Shown piece after piece: positions 7,785 to 20,693 of a DNA stretch of 64,000 nt. The position numbers and the translations under genes are program-made. Origin of the DNA: Pelagimonas sp. (GTDB lineage: Bacteria; Pseudomonadota; Alphaproteobacteria; Rhodobacterales; Rhodobacteraceae); the NCBI GenBank assembly GCA_049116335.1, contig JAGDYZ010000020.1, positions 21,794 through 85,793 on the forward strand, in the 5' to 3' direction. Below the pieces are notes generated by a model that searched no databases, was not told the DNA's origin, and saw only the letters and a program-made list of their open reading frames with translations. Every line of letters begins with the position of its first letter. Position 1 is the first letter of the stretch.

Positions 7785-9089
7785 TTACGCCCCTGCGACA
7801 AGGATAGACGGTTCGCGTCGGCCGGGGCAAACCGCACGAGCACAGACACGACAAGAACTCCCCAATTCAAGTGGCTCTTCATGAGGGGGGGTGTTGGTCG
7901 GCATTGGACGCACCAACATGACGGCTTCGAACAGAGGATCACGATTAACTGCCACGCGCCCAACGGGCACCGCAAGCGCATCCACCCAAAGATCACTGCC
8001 GGGACGCCCTGTTTGCACAACGGGATGAGACAGGATCACCATCGGTCGGTTCAGCGCGCGATACAGCGGCCAGAGCGGGCAAGCCGAGCCAAAGCGCGGC
8101 ATCGGAAATTCAGGCAGGGGTTTGCGATACGTCAGCACCCCAGATGCATCTGAAATGGCCAGACCAACACCCTCGGGCAAGACAACTTCGGGCATCGCCG
8201 CCAGGCGGCGCATCACACAGGCGGGGTCCGCATCAAGATGCTCGGCCAAGGCCGCAGGATCCGCGCCATGTTTTTGGATGGCTCGGGCCAGGTCAGACTG
8301 TGGCACGGCCTGCGCATCTTTCTGATACCGTTGCAACCATTGCCCCAACAACTCTCGTGCCGGGGCAGACAGATCCGTACCCAGACGCTTTTGCGCGGAA
8401 TGAACAGTTCCGCCTTCTTCCAGATCTTGGACATAATGCCCTGCCGCCGCCAGAACCGCATCAAGCTCTTCCTGAGGCGCGCCCGTCTCAGTGGCCTCGG
8501 CGTCATCTGCTTCCAGATAGGTCACCAACCCACGGCTGGTTTCAGTCAACCGCGCACTGTCTTCATATATGTTGCGGTGAAACCGCGCCTGCCACTCCGG
8601 GTCAATGTCGCCCGGTTCCGCAAGAATTGAGGCCGCTGACCGGATCGCCGTCACCGTCGACAACATTTCGTGTAGCGAGGCAGCAAGGTGAGGGTCATGT
8701 GTCATCCGATCCGTCAGCGTTTCAACGCTCCGCTCCAGCGCAGAAATCCGTTTCTGACTGCTGGAGAGTACCTCAGCCCAACCGGGGAACCGCCCTGCGA
8801 ACTCATCCACACGGTCCAGTTCAGCCTGCGCCGCAGGGACCGCCGAGGCGGCCTCGCGCAGGGACGCCATCAACGCCGCCCCGGCCCCTTCGGTCAGCAA
8901 TGCCGGTTCCACACCCAGCACTTGAGCGATATCCAGCAAGAGTTTTCCGCCGATTCTGCGCCGGTTGTGTTCGATCAGGTTGAGATAGGAGGCCGAAATT
9001 CCCGCCTTTTTCGCAAGATCGGCCTGCCGCATAGCCTGAGCCACCCGCCGTTCCCGGATCCGACTGCCTGTGAGCGTGCCTTTGGCCAT
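7785..9089 (-). CDS. XRE-family transcriptional regulator of the short-chain fatty acyl-CoA regulator type (ScfR/RamB/PrpR-like: HTH + ImmA/IrrE-like + DUF2083)
   Basis: N-terminal HTH RIRERRVAQAMRQADLAKKAGISASYLNLIEHNRR. 434 aa. C-terminal Cys cluster (CRVCARAVCPGR). Divergent from the ABC operon. Confidence 0.75.
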   Translation of the reverse strand: MAKGTLTGSRIRERRVAQAMRQADLAKKAGISASYLNLIEHNRRRIGGKLLLDIAQVLGVEPALLTEGAGAALMASLREAASAVPAAQAELDRVDEFAGRFPGWAEVLSSSQKRISALERSVETLTDRMTHDPHLAASLHEMLSTVTAIRSAASILAEPGDIDPEWQARFHRNIYEDSARLTETSRGLVTYLEADDAEATETGAPQEELDAVLAAAGHYVQDLEEGGTVHSAQKRLGTDLSAPARELLGQWLQRYQKDAQAVPQSDLARAIQKHGADPAALAEHLDADPACVMRRLAAMPEVVLPEGVGLAISDASGVLTYRKPLPEFPMPRFGSACPLWPLYRALNRPMVILSHPVVQTGRPGSDLWVDALAVPVGRVAVNRDPLFEAVMLVRPMPTNTPPHEEPLELGSSCRVCARAVCPGRREPSILVAGA

Positions 9090-9307
9090 GTCGCTTTCCT
9101 TGCAATTACAACGCCTTTCTGCACTGCCACATAAACAGATTTACAGAATACCGCAGTCTACTTTTCAACAATTGACAAAAAAACCGTTACGTCAAAACGC
9201 TTTGTTGCGCAATTTTCTTTTCTCCCGCGATACTGAGTTTGCACATTTGTGCCCGCGTCGGGGGGAAGAGGAGCCCAACGACGCATTTCACGAAATGGGA
9301 GGATTTC

Positions 9308-10654
9308 ATGTCCAAGACCAACCTGACACGTCGTGGCGTGCTCAAGTCTGGCGCAGTTGCCGGCGCAGGCGTCGCACTGCCGACTATTTTTACGGCTCAG
9401 TCCGCAGCAGCTTATACCAATGAACCCACAGGCGGTTCCGTAACCCTCGGTTTTAACGTTCCCCAGACCGGCCCCTATGCCGACGAGGGCGCTGACGAAC
9501 TGCGCGCCTACGAGCTTGCTGTTGAGCACCTCAATGGCGGCGGCGACGGCGGCATGATGAACACCTTCAGCTCAAAGGCGCTGAAAGGTAACGGTATTCT
9601 GGGCAAGAAGGTCGAATATGTGACCGGCGACACCCAGACCAAATCGGATGCAGCCCGCGCATCGGCCAAGTCGATGATCGAAAAAGACGGCGCCGTGATG
9701 ATCACCGGCGGGTCGTCCTCGGGTGTGGCCATCGCGGTTCAAGGCCTCTGCCAAGAGGCTGGTGTTATCTTCATGGCGGGTCTAACCCACTCGAACGACA
9801 CCACCGGTAAAGACAAAAAAGCCAACGGTTTCCGTCACTTCTTTAACGGCTACATGTCTGGTGCGGCTTTGGCTCCGGTTCTCAAAGGCCTCTATGGCGA
9901 TGACCGTAAGGCCTATCACCTGACCGCCGACTACACATGGGGCTGGACACAGCAGGAATCGATCGCGGCCGCGACCGAGGCTCTGGGTTGGGAAACCGTC
10001 AACAACGTTCTGACCCCGCTGGCAGCGACAGACTTCTCGTCCTATATCGCTCCGGTTCTGAACTCGGGTGCGGACGTTCTAGTTCTGAACCACTACGGCG
10101 GCAACATGGTGAACTCGCTGACAAATGCGGTTCAGTTTGGTCTGCGCGAGAAAATCGTCAACAACAAAGACTTCGAAATTGTTGTTCCGCTGTTCTCCCG
10201 TCTGATGGCACGCGGTGCGGGCGCCAACATCAAAAACATCGTTGGCTCGACCAACTGGCACTGGTCGCTGCAGGATGAAGGCTCACAGGCCTTTGTTCGC
10301 TCGTTCGGCACCAAATACGGCTTCCCGCCAAGCCAGGCGGCGCACACCTGCTATGTTCAGACCCTGCTCTATGCAGATGCCTGTGAACGTGCCGGCACCT
10401 TCAACCCTTGTGGCGTAGCCGAAGCTCTGGAAGGCTTTGAGTTTGACGGCATGGGCAACGGCAAGACCCTGTATCGCGCCGAAGACCACCAGTGCTTCAA
10501 AGATGTTCTGGTTGTGAAGGGCAAAGAGAACCCAACCTCCGAGTTCGACCTTCTCGAAGTGGTCGAAGTCACACCGGCGTCGCAGGTCACCTATGCGCCG
10601 GATCACCCGATGTTTGCGGGCGGCCAGCTGGGGTCCTGTAACCCAGGCGCATAA
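9308..10654 (+). CDS. ABC transporter substrate-binding protein, HAAT/PBP1 (Leu/Ile/Val-binding-like) family, Tat-type signal
   Basis: Starts MSKTNLTRRGVLKSGAVAGAGVALP after GGGAGGA. 448 aa. Followed by LivHMGF-type genes. Confidence 0.85.
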   Translation: MSKTNLTRRGVLKSGAVAGAGVALPTIFTAQSAAAYTNEPTGGSVTLGFNVPQTGPYADEGADELRAYELAVEHLNGGGDGGMMNTFSSKALKGNGILGKKVEYVTGDTQTKSDAARASAKSMIEKDGAVMITGGSSSGVAIAVQGLCQEAGVIFMAGLTHSNDTTGKDKKANGFRHFFNGYMSGAALAPVLKGLYGDDRKAYHLTADYTWGWTQQESIAAATEALGWETVNNVLTPLAATDFSSYIAPVLNSGADVLVLNHYGGNMVNSLTNAVQFGLREKIVNNKDFEIVVPLFSRLMARGAGANIKNIVGSTNWHWSLQDEGSQAFVRSFGTKYGFPPSQAAHTCYVQTLLYADACERAGTFNPCGVAEALEGFEFDGMGNGKTLYRAEDHQCFKDVLVVKGKENPTSEFDLLEVVEVTPASQVTYAPDHPMFAGGQLGSCNPGA

Positions 10655-10661
10655 GCCGACA

Positions 10662-10689
10662 GGCCCGGTTCTCTGCCGGAGACCGGGCC
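10662..10689 (+). terminator. intercistronic hairpin after the binding-protein gene (partial terminator or mRNA stabiliser)
   Basis: GGCCCGGTTCTC / GGAGACCGGGCC imperfect stem with loop TGCC, then ATTTCAT. Confidence 0.4.
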
Positions 10690-10776
10690 ATTTCATCACG
10701 AAACCCGTGAAATCATACGGTCTCTCCGGCACCGCGCTGGAGGGGCTGTCTGACCTATAACCCAATGGTGGGGTCC

Positions 10777-12991
<2,215 letters not shown>

Positions 12992-13003
12992 GGAGAGACA
13001 GTA

Positions 13004-13759
13004 ATGGGTATTCTAGAAGTCAAAGACGTGGGCAAAAACTTCGGTGGCCTCAAAGCTTTGTCAGATGTCAATCTGTCGGTCGCCGAAAACACCTGCCACG
13101 CCATTATCGGCCCCAACGGTGCCGGGAAATCCACCCTGCTCAACTGTCTGGTCGGCAAATTGATCCCCGACACCGGCAGCGTCATGTTTGACGGCCAGTC
13201 GGTGCTGGGCCGCAGCCCACATGAGATCAACCAGATGGGCATCTCGCGTGTGTTCCAGACCCCTGAGATCTTTGCGGATCTCTCGGTGATGGAAAACATG
13301 ATGATCCCGCTGTTTGCCAAACGTGATGGGGCCTATCGCCTGCATGCGGTTGAGAAAGTCAGCAACGAACGCACCCTGATCGAAGAAGCCGAACGCATGC
13401 TGGGTGACGTCAACATGCTCGACAAACGGGGGATGCATGCGGCGGCCATGTCACGTGGCGACAAACGCCGACTTGAGATGGCCATGTGTCTTGTACAGGA
13501 CCCAAAGCTTCTGCTGCTGGACGAGCCAACCGCCGGGATGGCACGGGCCGACACCAACAACACCATCGATCTGCTGATCGAAATCAAGGAAAAGCGCGAT
13601 ATCACCATCGCGATCATCGAGCACGACATGCATGTGGTGTTCAGTCTGGCGGATCGGATCACCGTTCTGGCGCAGGGCACCCCCTTGGTTGAAGATCTGC
13701 CCGAGAACATCAAAGGCCACCCGAAGGTCAAAGAGGCCTATCTGGGCGAAGCGCACTGA
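13004..13759 (+). CDS. ABC transporter ATP-binding protein (LivG-like)
   Basis: Walker A GPNGAGKST, signature SRGDKRRLE, Walker B LLLLDEP. Confidence 0.92.
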   Translation: MGILEVKDVGKNFGGLKALSDVNLSVAENTCHAIIGPNGAGKSTLLNCLVGKLIPDTGSVMFDGQSVLGRSPHEINQMGISRVFQTPEIFADLSVMENMMIPLFAKRDGAYRLHAVEKVSNERTLIEEAERMLGDVNMLDKRGMHAAAMSRGDKRRLEMAMCLVQDPKLLLLDEPTAGMARADTNNTIDLLIEIKEKRDITIAIIEHDMHVVFSLADRITVLAQGTPLVEDLPENIKGHPKVKEAYLGEAH

Positions 13760-13835
13760 TATCTGGCGGCGGGTGCATCCCGCCGCTTTCCCAATTTCGC
13801 GGGCCTGACCCGCCCCTCACCCTGAGGAGACATCC

Positions 13836-14591
13836 ATGAACGTTCGTCCGGATTTTTCGAAAAACGCCAATCAGGCTGAAACAGCCCCCGCCTTCCTCTC
13901 GATCTGGGACATGCACTCCTATTATGGCGAAAGCTACATCGTGCAGGGCATTTCCTTTAACGTCCATGAGGGCGAGATCCTTGCTCTGCTGGGCCGAAAT
14001 GGTGCCGGTAAAACCACTACGCTGCGGTCAATCGCCCGACTGGACGACCCGCAGGTCCAGCGCGGTGAAATCTGGCTGGATCACCAACCCCTGCACAAGA
14101 TGGCCTCGCATCAGGCCGCAACGGTGGGTCTTGGGTTGGTGCCAGAAGATCGCCGCATCATTCCCGGCCTGACGGTCGAAGAGAACCTGAAGCTGGCACA
14201 GATCGCGCCGCCCATTGGCTGGTCTATCGAGCGCCTCTACGATCTGTTCCCCCGCCTCGGCGAACGCCGCAACCAAGAAGGCATCACCCTGTCCGGAGGT
14301 GAACAGCAGATGCTGGCAATTGCCCGGGCTCTGGCTCGGGATATCAAGGTGCTGTTGCTGGATGAGCCTTATGAAGGTCTGGCCCCGGTGATTGTGGATG
14401 AGATCGAAAAGACGCTCCGCCACATCAAAGAACAGGGCATGACCACCATCATCGTTGAACAGAATGCGGTGCGCGCCCTGCAACTTGCGGATCGCGCGGT
14501 GATCCTCGACACCGGCTCGATTGTGTTTGACGGATCTGCCGCAGAAGTGCTGGAGAACGAACAGCTCCGCGCCGAATATCTGGCGATCTGA
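13836..14591 (+). CDS. ABC transporter ATP-binding protein (LivF-like)
   Basis: Walker [10 protein letters not shown], signature LSGGEQQML, Walker B VLLLDEP. RBS GAGGAG upstream. Confidence 0.92.
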   Translation: MNVRPDFSKNANQAETAPAFLSIWDMHSYYGESYIVQGISFNVHEGEILALLGRNGAGKTTTLRSIARLDDPQVQRGEIWLDHQPLHKMASHQAATVGLGLVPEDRRIIPGLTVEENLKLAQIAPPIGWSIERLYDLFPRLGERRNQEGITLSGGEQQMLAIARALARDIKVLLLDEPYEGLAPVIVDEIEKTLRHIKEQGMTTIIVEQNAVRALQLADRAVILDTGSIVFDGSAAEVLENEQLRAEYLAI

Positions 14592-14688
14592 CGGCTCTTG
14601 CCGCTGCGCGACAAAGGTCAAGGCGAAAGTCTCCTTGCAATTGTCGCGCAGACTGGCTTCCCTGCCGTCAAAATTTGAGGAGGACACC

Positions 14689-16632
14689 ATGAGCAAGACC
14701 TATGCTCCCGCCGCCGATCTGGTGGCACGTGCGCATGTAGATGCGGGACGGTATGATGAGATGTATGCGCGGTCGATTTCTGATCCCGAGGGGTTCTGGG
14801 CGGATCAGGCGCAGCGCCTAGACTGGATCAAAGCCCCCACCCAGATCAAGGACGTCGATTACACCTTTGGTCAGGTCAAGATCAACTGGTACGCCGATGG
14901 CACGCTGAATGTGGCCGCCAACTGTATCGACCGCCATCTTGCGACCCGCGGCGATCAGACGGCGATCATCTGGGAACCCGACAGCCCCGACGAGCCCGCC
15001 CAGCACATCACCTATAAAGAGCTGCACAAAAACACCTGCCGCATGGCCAATGTGCTCGAAAGCCTCGGCGTGGGCAAGGGCGACCGGGTGGTGATCTATC
15101 TGCCCATGGTGCCTGAGGCCGCCTATGCCATGCTGGCCTGTGCGCGCATTGGTGCGATCCATTCGATTGTCTTTGCCGGCTTCTCGCCCGATGCGCTGGC
15201 GGCGCGGGTGAACGGCTGTGACGCCAAGGTGCTCATCACCGCGGATGAGGCCCCGCGCGGCGGCCGCAAGACCCCGCTCAAGACCAATGCCGACAAGGCA
15301 CTCTTGCATTGCAAAGACACGGTCAAATGTCTGGTGGTCAAGCGCACCGGCGGTCAGACCACCTGGGTGGATGGTCGTGATTTCGACTACAACGAAATGG
15401 CGCTTGAGGTCAGCGAGTTTAATCAACCCGCCGAGATGAACGCCGAAGATCCGCTGTTCATTCTCTACACCTCCGGCTCCACCGGACAACCCAAAGGCGT
15501 GGTGCACAGCTCGGGCGGCTATCTCACCTATGCGGCGCTGACCCATGAGGTGACCTTTGATTACCATGACGGCGACGTCTACTGGTGCACCGCCGATGTG
15601 GGCTGGGTCACCGGCCACAGCTATATCGTCTATGGCCCGCTGGCCAATGGGGCCACCACGCTGATGTTCGAAGGTGTACCCACCTTCCCCGATGCCTCGC
15701 GCTTCTGGCAGGTCTGTGAAAAGCACAAAGTCACCCAGTTCTACACCGCCCCCACCGCCATCCGGGCGCTGATGGGTCAGGGCAATGAGTTTGTGGAGAA
15801 ATGCGACCTCTCCAGCCTGCGCATCCTCGGCACGGTGGGCGAGCCCATCAACCCGGAGGCCTGGAACTGGTACAATGATGTGGTCGGCGGCGGGCGCTGC
15901 CCGATTGTTGACACCTGGTGGCAGACCGAAACCGGCGGGCATCTGATGACCCCGCTGCCCGGCGCCCATGCCACCAAACCCGGTGCGGCGATGAAGCCCT
16001 TCTTTGGCGTGCAGCCGGTGGTGCTGGACCCGGCCTCGGGCGCGGAGATCCACGAAACACCAACCGAGGGTGTGCTGTGTATCAAAGACAGTTGGCCCGG
16101 TCAGATGCGCACCGTCTGGGGCGATCATGAGCGGTTCGAGAAGACCTATTTCTCGGATTACAAAGGCTATTACTTCACCGGCGATGGCTGTCGCCGCGAC
16201 GAGGATGGCGATTACTGGATCACCGGCCGCGTCGATGATGTGATCAATGTCTCGGGCCACCGCATGGGCACCGCCGAGGTGGAAAGCGCGCTTGTGGCCC
16301 ATGAGAAGGTCGCCGAAGCCGCCGTTGTGGGCTATCCGCATGAGATCAAAGGTCAGGGCATCTATTGCTATGTCACCCTGATGAACGGCGAAGAACCCAG
16401 CGAGGAGCTGCGCAAAGAGCTGCGCACCTGGGTGCGGACCGAGATTGGCCCCATCGCCAGCCCGGATCTGATCCAATGGGCCCCCGGCCTGCCCAAAACC
16501 CGCTCCGGCAAAATCATGCGCCGCATCCTGCGCAAAATCGCCGAAAACGACTACGGCGCCCTCGGCGACACCTCAACCCTCGCAGACCCTTCCGTCGTTG
16601 AGGATTTGATCGAGAACCGGATGAATCGCTGA
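14689..16632 (+). CDS. acs: acetyl-CoA synthetase (AMP-forming)
   Basis: 647 aa. N-terminus [46 protein letters not shown]-binding motif. C-terminal [14 protein letters not shown] at 14689 follows GAGGAGG. The ORF-track start at 14521 lies inside the preceding gene. Confidence 0.95.
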   Translation: MSKTYAPAADLVARAHVDAGRYDEMYARSISDPEGFWADQAQRLDWIKAPTQIKDVDYTFGQVKINWYADGTLNVAANCIDRHLATRGDQTAIIWEPDSPDEPAQHITYKELHKNTCRMANVLESLGVGKGDRVVIYLPMVPEAAYAMLACARIGAIHSIVFAGFSPDALAARVNGCDAKVLITADEAPRGGRKTPLKTNADKALLHCKDTVKCLVVKRTGGQTTWVDGRDFDYNEMALEVSEFNQPAEMNAEDPLFILYTSGSTGQPKGVVHSSGGYLTYAALTHEVTFDYHDGDVYWCTADVGWVTGHSYIVYGPLANGATTLMFEGVPTFPDASRFWQVCEKHKVTQFYTAPTAIRALMGQGNEFVEKCDLSSLRILGTVGEPINPEAWNWYNDVVGGGRCPIVDTWWQTETGGHLMTPLPGAHATKPGAAMKPFFGVQPVVLDPASGAEIHETPTEGVLCIKDSWPGQMRTVWGDHERFEKTYFSDYKGYYFTGDGCRRDEDGDYWITGRVDDVINVSGHRMGTAEVESALVAHEKVAEAAVVGYPHEIKGQGIYCYVTLMNGEEPSEELRKELRTWVRTEIGPIASPDLIQWAPGLPKTRSGKIMRRILRKIAENDYGALGDTSTLADPSVVEDLIENRMNR

Positions 16633-16654
16633 TCCGCGTCATATCTCATGAGAC

Positions 16655-16680
16655 AGGCGGCCCACGGGCCGCCTTTTTCT
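16655..16680 (+). terminator. intrinsic terminator after acs
   Basis: AGGCGGCCC / GGGCCGCCT stem followed by TTTTCT. Confidence 0.85.
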
Positions 16681-16793
16681 GTCCATGGCTTAGGGTCAGC
16701 GCAAAAATTGACCACAATTTTAAGGGCGTGCTGCAAACAGCGTTAACATGTGGTAACTTGTTGGACGTGGGGTATTGGTAAAGGAGCAACGTT

Positions 16794-17183
16794 ATGCCCA
16801 TGACAGGGCCCGCATTATGGACCGCCCCCTTGGCCACCGGACATCCACATGGGTTGCCCGAAGCCCGACGCACCGACAATCCAGCCAAGAAAGTCCAGCC
16901 GGTTAAAAAGGGCCGCGCCAGTGATGCCACCTCTCAACATGACTATGCTGAGCAGGAAGAGCACTCTGCCGCTCCACAACCATTCGACCAGCCATCAGAC
17001 GAGGATCACTCTGAATTTTCGGAAGGCCCCAGCCTGATGCAGCAGGAAATTTGTCACTTGCTGGACGAGCAGGCCGAGGCGCCGGAGCAAGCGCCTTTGC
17101 CCGCCTCGACGCCTCCAAAGCTGGCTGCCTATGAAGAAACCGCCAGCCTGTCTCGCAAGTCTGTTTTCAAAACCTTGCCGTAA
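16794..17183 (+). CDS. hypothetical acidic, Pro-rich protein (129 aa)
   Basis: ATG preceded by AAAGGAG at good spacing. No known motif. The 3' end overlaps the convergent acyl-CoA synthetase gene by 55 nt. Confidence 0.35.
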   Translation: MPMTGPALWTAPLATGHPHGLPEARRTDNPAKKVQPVKKGRASDATSQHDYAEQEEHSAAPQPFDQPSDEDHSEFSEGPSLMQQEICHLLDEQAEAPEQAPLPASTPPKLAAYEETASLSRKSVFKTLP

Positions 17184-18640
17184 TTGTTCTTCGGCAGCGC
17201 GTCGACAGTGATGTAGTGTTTGGGACGTTTGAACCGCGCGATATGATCCAGACAATAGGTGTCGAGCACCTGTGTATCGATCTCGCTATTGGGGACAACA
17301 AAGGCCACAACCTCTTCACCCCATTCTGGGTGGGGTTTGCCAACCACGGCCACTTCAGACACCGAAGGATGATCCTGCAACACCTCTTCTACCTCACGTG
17401 GGTAAATGTTGGTGCCGCCGGAAATGATCATATCACGTGAGCGATCTTTCATCGTCACGTAGCCATCTTCATCCATCGCGCCCATGTCACCGGTCCAGAG
17501 CCAACCGCCCTTGAGGGTTTTCTCGGTCGCCTCGGGGTTTTGCCAATAGCCGGACATGACAATGTCGCCCCGCACAAGAATTTCACCCACCTCACCTGCG
17601 GGCAGTAACCTGCCATCTTCATCCGCAATGGCCACTTCAACAGCTGATTGCGCTTTGCCCACAGATCCCAAACGTTCCCGCCAGCGCGGATGGCTGCGAT
17701 CGGTCACATCATGCCGGGACAGGGCCGTGATCCCCATCGGGCATTCCCCCTGTCCATAGATCTGCGCAAACACTGGCCCGAACCAATCCACCGCCTCGAT
17801 GATATCCGCGATATACATTGGCCCACCGGCATAGACGATGGTGTTGAGACCGGCCCCACGGCGGTACAGATCTTTGGCGGTGCGGGTCAGGCGCTGGACC
17901 ATGGTGGGTGCCATGAACATATGAACCCGGTCAAAATGCGCGGCCAGATCCAGCACTTCAACCTCATCAAACCCACCGGATGGGGGAAAGACATGCGCGG
18001 CACCGGCACGAACATGCATCATGCTATAGATCCCGGCCCCGTGGCTGGCCGGCGCGCTATAGATCACCGTGTCGTTTTCGGTCACCAGGTCACAATCCAC
18101 CTGATAACACAGGCTCATGTTGATCAGCATGCGGTGGGTCATCATCACACCTTTGGGGCGGCCCGTGGTGCCCGAGGTGTAAAACAACCAGGCGAGATCG
18201 GTAGGCGCCCGCGCCGTGATGTCTGTCAGAGGAGCATGAGCCGTCATCTCAGACCAAACCGGAGAACCCGTCTCAATCACAGTGACGTCGCTGGCGGCAC
18301 TCAGACCTGGGGCCAAATCCCCGGTGGCAAAGGCCAGTTTAGCACCTGAATTTTCGATGATCCAAGTCGCCTCACGGGCATGAAGTTTGGCATTGATCGG
18401 GACAACCGCCGCGCCAGCGTACCAGATGGCATATTCCGCGATCAGGTAATCCGGCACATTTTTCATAAACAATGCAACGCGATCGCCCGAAGTAACTCCC
18501 CGAGCTACCAGCGCTCCGGCCAAAGCCATGACGTCCGAGTGGAAGGCCCCATAGGATTTGACCAACGTTTGGCCCAGAAACAGCGCCGGGCGATCCGGTG
18601 ATTGTTGAGCCCGTCGCGCCAACCAAAGTGCAATGTTCAT
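17129..18640 (-). CDS. AMP-dependent acyl-CoA synthetase/ligase (fatty-acid-CoA ligase family)
   Basis: FYTSGTTGRPKGVMMTH AMP-binding motif, GEILVRG...TGDMG.DEDGY, C-terminal NNYGKVLK. Confidence 0.9.
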   Translation of the reverse strand: MNIALWLARRAQQSPDRPALFLGQTLVKSYGAFHSDVMALAGALVARGVTSGDRVALFMKNVPDYLIAEYAIWYAGAAVVPINAKLHAREATWIIENSGAKLAFATGDLAPGLSAASDVTVIETGSPVWSEMTAHAPLTDITARAPTDLAWLFYTSGTTGRPKGVMMTHRMLINMSLCYQVDCDLVTENDTVIYSAPASHGAGIYSMMHVRAGAAHVFPPSGGFDEVEVLDLAAHFDRVHMFMAPTMVQRLTRTAKDLYRRGAGLNTIVYAGGPMYIADIIEAVDWFGPVFAQIYGQGECPMGITALSRHDVTDRSHPRWRERLGSVGKAQSAVEVAIADEDGRLLPAGEVGEILVRGDIVMSGYWQNPEATEKTLKGGWLWTGDMGAMDEDGYVTMKDRSRDMIISGGTNIYPREVEEVLQDHPSVSEVAVVGKPHPEWGEEVVAFVVPNSEIDTQVLDTYCLDHIARFKRPKHYITVDALPKNNYGKVLKTDLRDRLAVSS

Positions 18641-18813
18641 TTTTCCCCTCCCATTCTCGCCTCATCGCACTTAAATCCTGATGTGAACGCGGCTGCAATC
18701 GCTGGGACGTAAGGTCACAGGAACGCTTTTCACCAGCGACTGCTTAGCTTATAAGCAGGCAACCGCATCGGAGGCAGGGGCCTCTGAGCACATGACGCAA
18801 TGGCGAGGACCGC

Positions 18814-19308
18814 ATGAGCAAGAATAACCACGACTCGGATGTAGCCTTTATCAAGGCTCTGGCAGAGCTGCTTCAGGAAAACGATCTGACCGAGCTGGAG
18901 GTCATGCGCGAATATGGCGAAGACAACAGCCTCAACGTTCGTGTCAGCCGTGCCCAAAACATCACCATGGCCGCCCCTGTTGCGGCTCCTGTTGCCGCCG
19001 CCCCTGTTGCCGCTGCAGCACCTGTCGCAGCTGCGCCTGCGGCTGCGGATATGCCAGAAGATCCTGCAGCCCATCCCGGTGCAGTGACATCGCCGATGGT
19101 TGGCACCGTTTATCTTCAGGCCGAACCCGGCGCGCCGTCGTTCATTTCGGTTGGCACGCAGGTCAAAGAAGGTGACACCCTTCTGATCGTTGAAGCCATG
19201 AAGACCATGAACCACATTCCCGCGCCCAAATCTGGCACCGTGAAGCGTATTCTGGTCGAAGATGGCGCAGCAGTGGAATACGGCGCCCCGCTTGTTATCC
19301 TCGAATAA
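18814..19308 (+). CDS. accB: acetyl-CoA carboxylase biotin carboxyl carrier protein
   Basis: EAMKTMN biotinylation motif. Ala/Pro-rich linker. Followed by accC. Confidence 0.95.
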   Translation: MSKNNHDSDVAFIKALAELLQENDLTELEVMREYGEDNSLNVRVSRAQNITMAAPVAAPVAAAPVAAAAPVAAAPAAADMPEDPAAHPGAVTSPMVGTVYLQAEPGAPSFISVGTQVKEGDTLLIVEAMKTMNHIPAPKSGTVKRILVEDGAAVEYGAPLVILE

Positions 19309-19319
19309 GGAAAACAGGC

Positions 19320-20672
19320 ATGTTTGATAAAATCCTGATTGCCAACCGTGGAGAGATCGCGCTGCGCGTCATCCGCGCCTGTCGCGAGATGGGCATCCAG
19401 TCGGTTGCAGTTCACTCAACAGCAGATGCGGATGCCATGCATGTGCGCATGGCCGACGAAGCCATCTGCATTGGCCCGGCGCCGGGCACCGACAGCTATC
19501 TGTCAATCCCGTCGATCATTGCCGCCTGTGAAGTCACCGGCGCGCAGGCAATCCACCCGGGCTATGGCTTTTTGTCAGAGAACGCTCGGTTTGTTGAGAT
19601 TGTCGAAGATCACGGCCTGAAGTTCATTGGCCCGACCTCGAAGCACATCACCATGATGGGCGACAAGATCACAGCAAAAGACACCATGAAGGACCTGGGC
19701 GTGCCCTGCGTTCCCGGGTCTGACGGTGGTGTGCCTGATGTCGAATCTGCGCTGAAAATCGGTGAGGACTTTGGCTATCCCGTCATCGTGAAAGCCACCG
19801 CAGGTGGCGGTGGGCGTGGCATGAAAGTTGCCAATAGCGCCGAAGAGATGACCGTCGCCTTTCAAACCGCGCGGACTGAATCCAAAGCTGCCTTTGGCAA
19901 TGACGAAGTCTACATCGAGAAGTATTTGACCACCCCGCGCCACATCGAAATCCAGGTCTTTGGGGATGGCAAAGGCAACGCGGTCCATTTGGGTGAGCGG
20001 GATTGCTCGCTTCAGCGCCGCCACCAAAAGGTGTTTGAAGAGGCCCCCGGCCCCTGCATCACACCAGAAGAGCGCGCAGCAATCGGCAAAACCTGTGCCG
20101 ATGCGGTGGCTCAGATGGGCTATGCCGGTGCCGGAACAATTGAGTTCCTCTATGAAAAGGGTGAGTTCTTCTTCATCGAGATGAACACCCGCCTGCAGGT
20201 GGAACATCCGGTGACCGAGAACATCTTTGGTGTCGACCTTGTGCGCGAACAGATCCGCGTTGCGGCTGGTTTGCCGCTGTCGATCACGCAAGATGAGCTG
20301 CAAATCAACGGTCACTCGATCGAAGTGCGCCTGAACGCCGAGCGTCTGCCAAACTTCGCACCCTGCCCCGGTCAGATCACAGCGTATCACGCACCTGGCG
20401 GTCTTGGCGTGCGCGTCGATTCTGCGCTGTACAACGGCTATAAGATCCCGCCTTATTACGACAGCTTGATTGGTAAGCTGATTGTACACGGACGTGACCG
20501 GCCCGAGGCATTGGCTCGGTTGAACCGCGCTCTGGGCGAGCTGATCATCGACGGTGTTGAGACCACGACCCCGCTGTTTCATGCCCTGCTGCAGGAAAAA
20601 GACATCCACACCGGCGAGTACAATATCCACTGGTTGGAGAAATGGCTCGATGCCGGTGGCCTGGAAAAGTAA
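19320..20672 (+). CDS. accC: acetyl-CoA carboxylase biotin carboxylase subunit
   Basis: [27 protein letters not shown]-terminus, ATP-grasp GGGGRGM; 450 aa. Confidence 0.97.
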   Translation: MFDKILIANRGEIALRVIRACREMGIQSVAVHSTADADAMHVRMADEAICIGPAPGTDSYLSIPSIIAACEVTGAQAIHPGYGFLSENARFVEIVEDHGLKFIGPTSKHITMMGDKITAKDTMKDLGVPCVPGSDGGVPDVESALKIGEDFGYPVIVKATAGGGGRGMKVANSAEEMTVAFQTARTESKAAFGNDEVYIEKYLTTPRHIEIQVFGDGKGNAVHLGERDCSLQRRHQKVFEEAPGPCITPEERAAIGKTCADAVAQMGYAGAGTIEFLYEKGEFFFIEMNTRLQVEHPVTENIFGVDLVREQIRVAAGLPLSITQDELQINGHSIEVRLNAERLPNFAPCPGQITAYHAPGGLGVRVDSALYNGYKIPPYYDSLIGKLIVHGRDRPEALARLNRALGELIIDGVETTTPLFHALLQEKDIHTGEYNIHWLEKWLDAGGLEK

Positions 20673-20693
20673 GACAGTGGGGCCTCTTTCCAG

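Noticed and set aside
14818-16476. 552-aa minus-strand ORF antisense to acs.
   Set aside because: It lies entirely inside the confidently identified acs gene. Its composition is Gly/Ala/Arg/His-rich and low-complexity, typical of antisense frames in GC-rich DNA, and it has no motifs.
18969-19047. Tandem GCx-CCT-GTT-GCx repeats, considered as a possible VNTR or array.
   Set aside because: This is the Ala/Pro-rich flexible linker of AccB ([26 protein letters not shown]), a normal feature of biotin carboxyl carrier proteins.
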